NCBI GenBank assembly: GCA_963575745.1
Contig: CAUYUJ010000001.1
Location: 1,116,001-1,180,000, forward strand
Direction: 5' to 3'
Length of the DNA stretch: 64,000 nt
From: Prorocentrum cordatum
Lineage: Eukaryota
The notes beneath the pieces are model-generated. The model made no database searches. It was not told where the DNA came from and saw only the letters and a list, made by a program, of their open reading frames with translations. The position numbers and the translations under genes are program-made. Positions 13,043-27,000 of the stretch are shown piece by piece (within the stretch, counting starts at the first letter, position 1; every line of letters starts with the position of its first letter).

Positions 13043-14950
13043 ATGGCCCTTCGCTCGCTTTCTGCTCTTGTGGGGCCACTGCGGGGTGCCCCTCTGCCCC
13101 CTGCTGGCCCCGCCTCGGGAGTCCCCGGCCAGATCAACCTCGCGGCAAACGCCCAGCGACAGGCCGAGGCGGAGGTTTGTTGCCATATTTTCGGCCTCCG
13201 GGGCCCCTCGCCTGGCCCCAGGACTGTCGCAAAACGGCTCGTGATGAGAAGCCCGCCCCGGAGGTCCAGGCCTCCTGGGGTCCACGGCTCCGGGGAACGT
13301 TCCAGGCCGCTCTCAGAGCACTCCCGAGCCCGCTGAAGCGGCCGTGGCGCCCATGAGAAAAGCATGTCATCGAGGGTCTGGGCACGAGACCCCCGACGTC
13401 GCATTTTCTCATGACGCGGACCCCCAGAAATCTGGACCCACTTTTGGCGGTCCTGGGTCCCGACAGCGGGCCCCAGAGGCCGACATCCAGGAAAACAGTG
13501 AAATTATCACAATCACATCGTCGGAGATCTGGGCACATCTCTGTTGTTTGCCCCCGGCTCCGAGGAAGGAGCGGCGATACCACCACCACCACCGCCACCA
13601 CCAGGGGGGCCACTTCCAGCGAGGGGGTCCACGATGCTTCGCCGAGCAGGGAATAGAGGATGCCTCGAGCGAGAGGGGGGGACCACACCACCAGGAGGGC
13701 CCTCCCTGGCGCCTCGCGCTGTTGGAGATGTTGTCGCCTTTTCCCAGACCCCCGACGTTGTTTTTGTTTGTCATGGCGTGGGCCGCCAGAGGTTTGGACC
13801 CCTTCCCAGGGACAGGCGTTTCGCCCTGAGACTTCTTCTCACGGTCCCAGTGCCCGGCGAGGGCCCCTGGAGGCCGAAGATATGAAAATTGCCCGTCGCG
13901 TTTTTGCTCACGCCGCGAGGGTGTCTATGTTCCTTGTTCCTACCATGCAGGATGAAAAGCCCCCGCCACCCCCGTGCCCGATGCTCGTCCGCTTCCCCGA
14001 CGACGGCGCAGTTGACGCGAAGGACGCCCCCGCCCCCGCCGCCCGCTGCGTGCAGCTGGCCTGGCACGACCGGGCGCAGGCGTACAAGCTGCAGAGCCGG
14101 CTGTACCTCGGCGGCGGCGAGGAGAATCGGAGGAGGAAAAGGCATTCCGATGCAGTGGGAGCGTTGGTTGAGGAATGTGCCCAGGAGGTTCTGGGCCCCA
14201 GAGGGTTTCTCATCTGATGTGGGCGGCAGTGATATCCATAGCCAATCCACGATTGAAGTTCCACCGCCTCCCAAATTCTGCACTGCTTATCCAAAGGTTC
14301 CTTTTCCAATGCCTTCACCGTGCAGAAAAAGGCGTGAATCTTCTGCTTCACAGCCGGGCGCTTTGCTGTTCTGTTTTATCGTCGTGGGGCGCTCCGTTGT
14401 CTTCCTCACAGTCGTGATGCATTTTTGCATGTGCTTCGCAGTCGTGCGTCCGCGCCGTCTCCCTTATCTCATGTGCCGAATAATTGCCAATTGCAAACTC
14501 TTCTGCCCACGCGTCCTGCTAGATGCCCGGCTCAGTGGTGGCGCTTGTGCTCGTCGTGGAGAGCCCTAATCGGCACGGCTGGATTCGACTTTGGGGAAGC
14601 ACGCGCTTCAGGAGGGATCCGCGGAGTGGCGGTGCCCCCACATGTGTGTATATACATATATATATACCTATATGACCACCCTGCGGGTGATAAGGAGGTT
14701 GGGGGGGGGAGGGGCCCAGCAATGGGCAACAGTGGTGAGTGTTGTTGTGACAATGCCAGTCGACATAGTTGCGTTGCCGCTCGCTCTTGGGAGCGTTGGT
14801 GTCGAGTTGTTTACGTCACCCTTTGCTCTTTGGCGCCTTGGTACCATTCGGCCCTCCCCCTGGGAACCTGCCCAACTTGCGCAACGGCAGCTAACGGCGC
14901 CATTTGGCCACTCGATCATAATCGATCTCGCAATCGACGTCATCATCATC

Positions 14951-15025
<75 letters not shown>

Positions 15026-15048
15026 ATCAACATCAACATCATCATCAT

Positions 15049-15085
<37 letters not shown>

Positions 15086-18000
15086 GCCATCATCAACATC
15101 ATCATCATTATCACCATCATCATCATCATCATCATCATCATCACCATCATCATCAGAATCATCATCATAATCATCATCAACATCATCACCGGGACACCGA
15201 CGGGACACGGACGGGACACCGGCGGAACACCGGCGGGACACCGCGCCGTCCCGGCCGCCGGGAAGGGAATCATTTCGTCCGGCCGCGCCTCAGCCACACG
15301 GGACACCAGCGGGACACCGGCGGGACACCGTGGGCCACCGGCCGCCCGTAAGGGAGACATTTGGTCCGGCCGCGCCTCAGCCACACGGGACACCAGCGGG
15401 ACACCGGCGGGACACCGCGGGCCACCGGCCGCCCGGAAGGGAGACATTTGGTCCGGCCGCGCCTCAGCCACAGGAGACTTTCTCTCGCCCGCCCACGCAG
15501 CTTCGCCTCGCCCGCACGGCGGGCACGAACACGAAACCGAAATCGATTTCCCTGTAGGGGGGCTCTCCGTTCCACTTCGATCTCACCCCCCAACCTCCGA
15601 TATATATATATATATATACATACATACATATATATATATATACATGACTGCAGTGGCGCTTCGCGCCATGCTCCTTGGTCCTTGAAGTTTGGCGTGCAGG
15701 CGGAATGACAGCAAGGTCAAGCCGACAATTTAGCGATAACTCCTGATTGCCTTTTGTGGCATTGCCGCTATAATGATGTTATTCGTTATCTTCCTCCATG
15801 CTTATTGTTCCTTATGTTCGCCATACCCTATGCATTCTCCCCATCCTCCTCAGCTCTTTTTTGCGGAGGCTCCTCTTTGGAGAGCCTCTAGGGGCCTCAC
15901 AAAAGTTGTTTCAGGCTTTCTTAACGCCTTCTGGAGGCCTCCTGGGCGTATTCTGGGGGCCTCTGGGGGCTTCCTCGGGCCACCCTGCCTCCAACCGCCG
16001 TCTCCCTGAACGACCGAAACACGATTTGGAATTCTTCGGAGGGTGTCTTTGGGCCATCTTGGGCCGCCATGGGGCTCTCTGAGGGCCATCTTGGACCCGT
16101 GTTGTGCCGTTTTGGGGCTCTCTTGGACTGCCTGGAAGCCCTTTCGGATGGTTGTGGGGCGATTTGGGAGCCTCCCAGGCGGCTTCGGACGCCCAGAAGA
16201 CCGCCGTCTTGGAGCGTCGGGAAGCCGAAAAGAGGAGAACCCCAAAATTCACTAATAACCCGCAGAAAATCAATCATTTTTGCCTCGGGGGGCCTTCTTG
16301 GGAGTGCTCTTGGAGGCCTCTTTAGGGCCGTCCTGGAGGCCTCTTGGGCCATCTTGAGGTCACGTCGGTCACTCTTGGAGCGCTCTTGTGTTGTCTTGGG
16401 GGTCTCTGGGACGTCTCCGATGACCCCCCCGATCGCCCTAAGTGTGCTGGGAAGGCTTGGCAAAACGCCTTGCGAGGCCTGGTGGCCGCTTCGAGCCCCG
16501 TCCGGAGGGCCCCAAAGCCCCAGGTCCCAGGAGTCCGGTTTTGGGGGGGGGGATGGGTTTTCCCCCCGCCCGGGCTTATAAAAATATAGGAAGAGGAATA
16601 TTTGTATATCTCAAATCTGGGCGCTTTCCCCCAGGGGCGCGCTGCCGTGAGCCGCGGGCGATCCAGAACGGAACCGGGGCGAGAAGCATGCTTCAGAGGG
16701 AGGGGTGGGGACCACCCCCCCCAGACCTTCGACGTCGTGATCTTATCAGAAGGTGGACCCCGTTTTCTCGTGGGGAGCAGTCGTCTGACGGCCCCGAGGC
16801 CTGGCGACGGCCCCCGAAGGCCGAAGGTAGGGGCAAGCTTCCCGTCGCGATTGTCTGTTTCACGACGCGTCACCTCGCCCCTCTGAGCGGCCTCGGCCAG
16901 TTTCCCTCTCCCCTCGGCCGTCGCCCCGTCGTCCTCCTTCCCCGCCCCCCCGCTTGCATGGCGGCCCAGTTCGCTTCACGCCTGCCCCGTGTCGCTCCGC
17001 ATCGCCAGCGCAGTCACCCTCTGCCTCGCCGCCGGCGCAAGAAGTTTGGTCCACGACGCGAGGGGTTTGGACCCGAGGCGGAAGACTTACTCTGAAGAAA
17101 GGTCGGGACCTCCTCGGGGCCGCTTATTGAACAAAGCCATCATATCGTCGGATGTCTGGGTCAGGGGCAACGTGAGGGGGGGACAGGCTCAGGAATCGCC
17201 CAGTCATCACCGATGGGGGCCCACTCACCGCTCAAGGCGTGACCTCCAATCGCCCACTCGTCGCCGATAGGGGCCTGATAGCACACCTCGCCCAGGAACG
17301 TGCGGATCCGCTATCTGGGGCCTCTATGGCAGATCTGTTGGCGAGGCATCGCCGATTCTGGCTCGATGCTTACCCCCCCCCCCTTGAGCTGGCCCTCCCC
17401 TACCATTGCCCCCCAGGGGGGATGGCGAGGAGAAGGGCCAGTTCAGACAGCGACCGCCCAGCCCAAAACCCGCTCAAAAACTGGCCCGGGACCCCTCCCG
17501 GGTTCCATCCTGACTGGTGTTGCGACGCGGGCCTGGCCACGGACACGAGGAGCCTCCGGGAGCCCCCGAAAACGGACGGAAGACCGCCAGGGAGGGCCTC
17601 CCCGACCCCGAGATCCGACGACGCGACCTATCGTTGTTATCGTTACCGTTGTTATCGTTGTTAGCGCTATCGTTGTTATCGTCGTGATCGTTATCGTTGC
17701 GATCGGTATCGTTGTTATCGTTGTCATTGCTATCGCTGTCGCTACCCTGAGATCCGACGACGCGAAAAATTTGCAGCATCGGGAGAAGGCACGACCAGAG
17801 CCCCCAGGCCCCATCTTCCTGCTGCACCCTTCGGGCCGGATCCGTCTGTGAGGGCCCCCTGGGGCCCGCAATCGTGCGAAAACGCCCAGCTCGAAAAGAC
17901 TGCGACCCCAGGAACTCGGGCCAGCGCCGCCCCCCGCCACAGGAGGACGGCGCCGAGAACCCGTGGGCGGACGTCGAGCACGTGGAGCCCCGCCCCGCGC

Positions 18001-21000
18001 ACGGCCGCGCCGACGTGCACCTGGCCACCGGCCTCCACCACGCCCGCGCCGAGTTCCGGCTCGCGTTCAGGCTGCAGACGCCCTCGCCTGGGTCGATGAT
18101 CCTCAGGACGCGTTTTCGCCCAATGTGTGTTTACCCCCTTCAACGCAGCCAGTAGATCAGTACGTCGCCTGCGTCGTATCGAAGGGCCTCGATGGACAAA
18201 CACACTTCGGGACTAACACACGTTCTCAGGATTATCGACTGGGATCGGGGGTCGCTGAGGGTGCCCCCGGCCCAAGTGGCCCCCGTGAGGGGTGCTCTAA
18301 AGGCCGCGGGGGCCTCCTTGGAAATCCTGGGGGCACCTTGGGCCAGGGGCACTTCTAGCAACACCCGACTGGGATGCAACGATGGGAGGATAAATGCTGA
18401 ATCGGCCGTGGTATATCCCTGGTCGAAAACTCACCTAGTCCGGCGCAATACCATTCAATCTGGCCCAATCCCGCTGAATCTGGCTCAGTCCCGCGACTCT
18501 GGCTCAATCCCGATCAATCCGGTCCGATATCTTTGAATTTGCCTTTATCTTGGGCTTGGTCTGGCTGATCCAGCTCAATGGCCCGCTAATGCGGTTCAAT
18601 AGCCCTTACTCGTTCTGACGAAGACCTCCCAGAAGTTGCTTCCGAAGCTCGCGTCGTAAAAAAACGCATGATTTCTAGCGGGTCCTCGCCGGGCGGTGTT
18701 TCGGAGGTGTTCGAACGTGTCCGTCGGTCTTCGGCGATTTTCCAGCCTCGCGGGATGGGCGCCAGCAGGGTGCCCGAAACGGCCGCCGGAGAGCCGAGCT
18801 GTGGCCCGAAAGCTCAGGAGCCAGACCCTGTCGCGCCGTGACAGTCTCGCCACGGAAGGTTCCCTGAGATCAGGAGGAAAAAAAAACACACAGACACAAT
18901 TAATCGACGATCCCCAGGAAAATATGGGAAAATATGGGAAGTGGGGGGGAAGACAAAAACCCAGAAAATATAGGAAAATATGGGGAATATTTTTATTTGT
19001 GTGTATTTATTTGTGTGTCCTGAGGCCCCTTTATGAGACCGGAGGGTCGTGGTTTTTCCCACCATGCGTGTTTGCCCTGTTTCGGGCCCTGGGGCCCTCC
19101 TGGCCTCCAGGGGCCCTCGCTAGGCCTCGGGGCTGCAAGTGTAAAGAAGTCGGCTCAGGATGGAAGGTTGGTCCCCCGGAAGGGGTCCACACCCTTGAAA
19201 AAATACGACGTCGGGGGCTTGGGGCCCAGACCCACGACTACATTCATAGGCGCCACGGTTGCTTCGGCTCGCTCGGGCACGCTCTGACAGCGTCGCGGAA
19301 CGTTCCCGAGAGAAGTGGTCCCCAGGAGGTCTGGACTTGCTCCCTGGGACGGGCTTTTCATCATGGGCCGTTTGGCGACAGTCCTGGGACCCGGTGAGGG
19401 CCCCCAGAGGCCGAAAATACAGCAGCAGACCCCTGCCATGACTTGCTCATCGCTGGACGGGGGTCCAGAGAGGCAGCCCGGCGTCGGCATGACCAACTGG
19501 TGCTCCGCGCCCACCGACCCGGTGGCCACCGTGGTGGACCCGCCCACGAGGCCCGCGGCGGAGGTGGCCGTGCGCGGCGACTACTGCAGCCTGGCCGTGC
19601 GGCTGCGGTTCACCTCGACGGACGACGGCACCGCCCTCGCGGCGAAGCGGGAGGCGGAGGCCGCGGGCGCCGGGCCCTGGGCGGCCTACCCGGCGCTCGG
19701 CCTGTGCCGCGCCCAGGTCGGGTGTCCTGGCAAACCCAGAGATTGGAGGCTTGGGGGGTGGGGTCGCAGTGGAGCGGAGAGCCCTCCACCAGGACAGCGG
19801 TTTCGGTTTCGTGTTCGTGTCGCGCGTGCGGGCAAGGCGAAACTGCGTGGGCGTGCGAGAGGAATGGCCCCGCCGTCGCTAGGGCTGGGGCGATTCGGAT
19901 GCAGTGGGCCGCCCATCCGCCCCTGGTGGGCGCGCGGTGGCCCGGGGTGTCCCGCCGTGGTGTCCCGTCGGCGTTCCGCGCCAAGCGGTGGGTGTCTTGC
20001 CAAACCTAGATATTCGATGATATGTTGTTTCAGCTCGGGCGTCTGTGAGCCAGATTTGGCCGGGCCTGGGGGCAATCAGAAACAGACCCGGGGCGGAGAA
20101 CTGCCCCCGGGGAAGGGGTCGGGACCTCTGGGGCCGCGCATCGAAGAGATCAGATCGTCGGATGTCTAATGTGCCCCTCGCCCAGGTTGTCCGTTGTCCC
20201 CAGGATCCCCGCGGAGGCCCAGATGGCCTCCGGAGCACGCCTCACGCGGCCCAGAGGGCCCCGTTCGCTCCAGAATGGCGTGACAGGCCGGGGACGCCCT
20301 CAGAGATCCGGCGCGGCCGAAACATGGCAACATCGCAGATGTCACCAAGGGAGCCCTGTCCCCGGATCGCCTCGCGCCGCAAAAAATCACGACGCAAGAT
20401 GTTTCTCTATCCTCGGCCCCTGGGGGGCCTTGCCAGGCCTCGGGGCCGTTGAAAAATCAGTCGGGGTGAAAATCCAGTTCTGGGGAATGGGTCGAGACCT
20501 TCGGGGGCCCGCGCTATGAAGAAACATGACGTCGGGGGTCTGGGCCCGAGGCGTCCCCGCACTCAGAGCCTTCGACCCCATCCTTCTGCGTCATTCGAGC
20601 CGGGTCGATGTGTGGGGGTCCTGGGGCCCGAAGGCGCGAGAGAACGCTCAGCGCGAGATTGCAACACCCGGGTTTGAGGGTGGGGACGCCCCAGGCCCAG
20701 ACCCCAAACGAAACGATTTTTGCGTAACGTCGACCCCGAGAAATCTCGACGCACTCCCCCAGACCAGTTCGTCATCCGGAGCCCACAGAGGCCGAACGCA
20801 GCGAAAGCCAATGCGTCGTGATTGCTTCGCGACGCAAGGAGGCCTGGGGGCCAGGACACCTTCTGGCAACGCCCGAGCAGGTGCGGTGGCGGGTGCTGCG
20901 CCGGGCGGCCTCCGACCAGGAGCCCACCGGCGCCGCAAGTGCCATGCGCGGACCCTTGCCGCCGGCCGCCAGCGCAGGCCACAAGGAGACCGGCCCCGTC

Positions 21001-24000
21001 GTGGAGCTCGGGCGATCCACGTGCCCGTTCGACCCCGCGTCGGAGACTCGGTTGATGTTAGAGACGCTGGGGGGCGTTTCTATCATCCGTTTTTAACTGT
21101 TCGGCGTTCGGCCAATCACAACGGGAAGGGGGGGAACAGACAGAAAACGATCAATAACAGCCCAAGACAAGAAGAACTAAATCAAAGAGCAAACAAGGTT
21201 CGAGCGATCCCCACCGAAACCTTCCACGTGTGTTCCTGACTCTGGTGTTACTTGTTGATTTGACCAGCCTGAGCTCGGCGCGCGTGTCGCGTTTGATAAG
21301 ACGCCGTTACTCAGTCGCTGACGCATTCAACTCCATCACGTTATGCTCGATTATGTTCTGCTCGACCCATATGTATAGCATATTCCTGTGGCCAGGCTTA
21401 CGTCGGCTCGCGTGTTGCATGTGATAGGGCGCCAGTAATACGTCGCTGCTTTACTATACAGTCTTCAATTATGTTTGTTTGCACGTATGTCCTATTTCAT
21501 AATATTCGATTACGTCATGTGATGTTCTGGACGGGCTGGAGTTACGTCATTTTGCCTGTCATTTTCGATGCGTCGTCAAATCGGCCGTTGCTGCGCCTCT
21601 TGTGTCTTGTTCCTGTGGCCAGCTTGACCTAGACACGCACGTCGCGTTTGGTAGGGCGCCGTTAATCGGTCGCTAACGTTTTCTTTCCTGTTATCGAAGA
21701 CGCCTACGGCGAATCACCGCCGCCCCCTGTCTTCTAGAATCGCCCATGTGGCCGAGCGTGGTGGCAAGAGCTCTGCCAAGCTATCGGACCATCTGTTCCC
21801 CCAGCCGTTGTGGAAGCCCTTCGGGAAACACTTTGGGAAGGATGGCAGAGAAGATCAGGAGAAGGAGGAGGAGGAGGAGGAGGAGGCATCTTGGGAGCCT
21901 CTGGGGGCACTCTCAGGGCTCTTGGGAGCTTCCTCGGAGCCTCTTGGAGGCATCTTGGGGGCCTCCGTGGGCCTCTTGGGGGCCTTTGGGGGTTTCTCGG
22001 GGGCCTCTGTGACTGTATTAGGGCATCCCTGGCCCGTTTGACGCCGTCGGAAGCAGTCTAGTGGGCCTCTCTGGGCCGACTTGGCGCCCTCTTGGGGTGC
22101 TCCAGAGCCCCCAAAGATCGCCCAAGAGGCCTCCAAAATGGGCTCATAACTGCCCAAGGCCGCCTCGGGCCGTCGGAAGGTCGAAAAGAAGCAAATGCCA
22201 GAATCCTTCAAAAACGCTGGGATAATGAATGATTTGGCATCTTCGGGCCTTCCTAGAGGACCCCTTGGAGGCCTCTTGGGGGCCCCTTGGGCCGTCTTGG
22301 ACCATCTTGAACCCATCTTGAGTCATCTTGGGTGCATCTTGGGCCGTCTTGAGTGCACCTTGGGGCCATCTTGGGCTCTCTTGGGGCCGTCTTGGCAGTC
22401 TTGGAGGCGTCTTGGAGGCATATTGGAAGCCATCTTGGGCCATCTTGGCCGTCTTAGAGGCGATCTGGACAACAGGAGTCGAAAATTGGGAACCTTTCCC
22501 GGTGACCGGCGCAATGCGCCGAAGCCCAGGGGGAGTTCTTTTGGAAACGAACTAAAACCAAAAATTGTAGGGTCTTGCACGCCAGGCACCCTTGTGGCAA
22601 GGCTAACAGGGGGCAGCGGATGACAGAAAGCGCGCGTAGCGTGCGATCCGTTAGCCGGGAGAAAGTAAACTAGGGGGAGTTCGAGGGAGGCGGCAGCCAG
22701 ACCCTCAGATGTAATAGCAAAAGTTTTCTCCCGAGAGGCCTCCAGTGGCCTCCAGATAGCCGAAGACGGTCCAAGATGGCCTCCAAGACGAGTCCAGAGG
22801 GATCAAGAGGCCTCCAATTTCGCCCAGATGCCTCCAAGACAGCCCAAGAGGCCTCCAAGACGATCTAAGAGGCCTCCAAGACGCCCCAAGAGGCCTCCCA
22901 AGAGGGCCCTAAGATGCAAAAATCATTGTTTTGTTTTATGGTTTTTGAAGGTTTTTGGGGTTCTCCCCTGTTCGGCTTCCCGACGCTCAAAGACGGCCTA
23001 AGAGGCCCCCAAGATCGCCCCAAGACGGCCCCAGGAGGGCCCAGGATGGCCCCAAGACGGTCCAAGAGGCCTCCAAGACGGCCCAAGAGGCCCGCAAGAC
23101 GGTTCCAGGAGGGAGCCCAGACGGGGTATTCGAATTGATATGTCGGGCCATCGGCCCCAAGACGCCCCCAGGAGGCCCCAAGAGGCTCCGAAGAGACCCC
23201 AAGCGCCCCCCAAGAGGTCCTGTTGTGTTAGGGTGGGATATGGTACGGCATGCTATGTGGTGGTATGCAATGAGAGGGCTTGTAATACAGTATTGTGTTG
23301 TGGCATATTCATTGTCTGGTACCAAGGTATACTATGGTGTGGCACCCCTAAACAGGAGCACGAAACAACAAGCAACATATCATATACATATCACACAGGA
23401 GAAAACACAAAACCCTGCAAAGAACGGAACCGACCTGGAAACGGCGCGAACAGGTATCCCAAAACGGAAAAGTTGGCCCCAATATAGCAAAATTGCACCA
23501 CACAAACGTCGATCTTGAAAACAGGAAACAACCAAAAAGAACGCCCCCCAGCGTTTTTAACATCATCTGAGGTCGGGCAGCTGGGCGGTGCTGCTCGAGG
23601 GCGTGCCGCACGGCCTGGTGGTGTGCGCCGAGGTCCGCGTTGGCACCGCCTTGCGTTGGTCCGCCTGGTCCGAGGAGTCCGAGGAGCTCGAGACGACAGT
23701 GCCGCCCCCACTGCCCATGGGCCCAGTGGAGGTGCTCAGGGGAGAGCAGACTTGAGATCCTGGCGTTGCATCTTTTTTTACAATGACAGTTTCGCCCGGC
23801 TTCGGGCTGTGGGACCCTCACGATTCGGCCCGAAAGATGCCACGGCTGGATTCGCCTCGACATCCTGGGTATACCCAGGGAGCAGCAGCATCAGGTGAGG
23901 TCCAGGGAGCAGCAGCATCAGTACCTTCTTGAATCCTCACAGGTGGTGTCCTGCACCGACTCGTCCGCCAAGGTCCGCTGGCAGCCGTTCCAGCTGGCGG

Positions 24001-27000
24001 GCAGCTTGTCCCTGTGCGAGTACCGCGTGACCATCTGCCACCTGGATGATGGGCCGCAGACCGTCGACCCCGACTGGCGCGGGCCGGGCGCGCAGATCGG
24101 GGGCATCTTCACGGCCGCCTCTGGCCCCGGCCATGTGGAGTACGAGGCCTCACAGCAATTAATTGGTGTGTGCTAGCTTGGTGCTAGATGTATGCAACTG
24201 AACCATGCTGTTTTCTATGAACGTTATAACCAGGCGGTTGGTTCTGATAAACCTAACCTAACACATGGTCAGCGAACCGTGGCTAATTACTTCCTGAAGG
24301 CGCGCATGCTGATGGCGGACATGTTCTACGCCGTCCGCGTGGACGCCCGGTACCCCTTCGTGGGCGAGCGGGGCTGGGCGGAGACGCCCTCTGTCACCGA
24401 GGCGCCCATCCACACGGTGCTTGGCGACCGGCCGCCCCCGCTGGCGCCTGTGCCCATTGCGACGGACGAGGTGGAGGCGATTCTGCTGGCCGGCCAGGGC
24501 CGCGGCGGCGCGCCGGCGACAGCCCCCTTCCCAGACAGCGCGGCGTGGCTGGCGTTGCTGGTCGACAGCGCGGCGGCGGCGGAGTACCGCGTCGAGTGGG
24601 CCCCGACCGCGCTGCGGGCGCCGCCAGGCGAAGTGGAGGGCGAGGAGCAGGACGGCCAGAGCGGCGGAGCAGGCGGCGGGCGGAGCGCGGAGCAGGGCCG
24701 CGAGCGAGTGCCTTTCCGCCCCGTGGCGCAGCAGCGGGTGATCGGCACCATGTCCCCTGCCGGGCGTGGCTGGACGGCCCTAGCGGTGCTGCTGCACCCC
24801 GACGAGGAGCCGCTCACCGACGGGCCAGTGGTGTGCCGCCTCCGGCACAAGGCCGCCTCCACGGTCGCCCCGCACATGGGCACGGGTTCCACCTCCGCGC
24901 CAGTCGCGGCGCAGCTGGCCGCCCCCGCGCATTGTCTGGCCCAGGTCAGGTACTGCCCGCGCCGCCGCTCGCACGGGATGATGGTGCGCCTCTTCCTGGG
25001 CTCCGCCCTGGCCGAGGCCGAGAAGGAAGAAAAACGGCACGGGCATTAGCTTTCGGAGGTCCGCGCGGATCGGCGTGGGACCCCTTTCCTTGGCGCGCGG
25101 AGCGCGCCGGGGCCGGCGCCAGAGGCGCCGTCAGGGCGGGGGGTCCAGCGCCGATCCGAGAAGTCTGGGCGGCCCTCCGCAAGTTTACACTCGTGCCGTT
25201 GCCTCTTCCCCCTGCACAGGGCGGCGCACAGGGGGGCGGCGTGAGTCTGGACGCCCTCAGCGTCGCGGCGGAGATCAGGAAGGCGGCGGGCGCCGCGCCA
25301 GAGAGCGGGGGCACCTCGCGCCATCTCGCTGGCCACGCGTTCGTCGGCAGGGCCCAGGTGCGCGTGAGGCCGCAGACTTCGGGCTGGGACGCGGGCGAGG
25401 CCGAGCCCTCCCTCGGGTGGGTGCTGCTGCCGCCGCGCGCGCTGCCGCCCGCGTGCCCCAGCGCCACCAGGCCAGGCCCCGCGCCGCCCGCGGGCGAGGG
25501 CGCGCTCTCCGCCGCCGCAGCGCTTGCGCTGGACGCGGGCGACCGGCACGAGTTATGGCTGTGGCCCGAGGACGGCCTGGCGGCCGGCACCACGTACGAG
25601 GTGCAGGTGCGCGTGGGCACCTCCTCGCGGTGGTCGCCGTGGGCGGATGCCGCCTGTCCAGCGGTCACGTTCGCCACCTCCGCGCCAATGATGGTCGCCA
25701 CGCCCACCGCCCATTTTCTTTGCGAGACCCTTGGCCCCACTCTGGCCTCCCTGCGGTTCCCGCCGTTCCAGCTTGCCGCGGGGGCAACCAGCGCCGAGGT
25801 CACAGTGACGGCCACGCCGAGGTTCCATGCCCAGGAGCAAGAGGAAGCGACGGGTCTTGCCATCGAGAGCGCGCCGGCGGCAGCCGGCGAGGCCGCCGTC
25901 CCCGTCGTCACGGTAGTCAACACCGAACAGCGGGCATTCCCCTTCGACGAGGAGCTGATCGAGCGAATCGCCACTCCCGAGTTGTTCGAGGAGATCGCGG
26001 GCCTGACACCCGCGCAGGCGTCGCAGAAGGTGGACAAGCGGCTGAAGCAGGAGAGGGACCACGAGCTCGGCCTGCTCTTCGAGGGGTACGAGGGCAGCCC
26101 GATCAGGCTGGACGTGCCTGGCCTGCTGCCTGCCACAAGCTACGAGTTCTCGGTGGTGGCGCGGTACCCCGAGTCCGCAGGCGTTGCCCCGCCCAGCGAA
26201 CCGCTCGTGGAGGTCGCTCAGACTCCGTGTGGTCTCGGCCCGCCCTTGGCGCCCATCGTGCTGGAGGTGCCTCTGGCGGGTGCTGGCGCGGTCGGCCCCT
26301 GGAGCAGGACGGCCCTGCTCGAGATCGAGGACAGGCCCGGCTACTGCCTGCAGCGCGTCGACGTCCCGAGCAGCTGCTGGTACGAGGGGCGGAAGAGGGC
26401 GGGCGCGAGCGGCGGCGAGGACTCTCACGGCTGGTGGTCCGACGCGCTGATTCAGGACGGCGGTGCGCACAAGAGGGCAGAGCAGGGAGGGCGGGGAGGC
26501 GGCCGCCCGAGACTCCGCAAACGGCATCTGCGACCTTGGTCGGCAGTAGGACCCCCCCCCCTCTGGGGAAACGAGATCGCACCAAGAACCCTGAAGCGCC
26601 ACCGTGGCACCCTGGCACTTGGCCGTCTCTTAGCACTCCTTTGAAGCCCCCAGCAACCCTCGAGAGTGGCGAGGGGGAGCATGAGGAGGAGGAGGAGGAG
26701 GGGCAAGAATTATTCATTGGCTGCGGCTCGGTGCGGTGCTGAAGATATCGTTCCGCTGAACCCGCCCCCGCGGACTATGTATGTTCGTCCCGGCGCCAAC
26801 GATAACACTGGGGAGTCTCAATTGCTAACCATGAGGCTTCAGACCCTGGAGGGTTCCTTATTTGGTGAGGGCGGCGGAATCCATAATTGGAGTTCCACCG
26901 GATTCCATACCCTGGATCGGATTCCAGACCATGGATTTCTTACTCAATGGTTCCTTATCAAATGCCTTCACCGTACACTACCACCGTGCCTGGCCAGGGC

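Noticed and set aside
12188..13336. 382-aa plus-strand ORF
   Set aside because: Composed largely of dispersed repeats seen elsewhere (9340-9490, 48330-48480, 19080-19420); only ~13043-13162 may be a first exon.
14425..15685. Long ORFs with poly-His/Ile/Met/Asp
   Set aside because: Artefacts of the (CAT)n microsatellite and the 87-bp tandem repeat.
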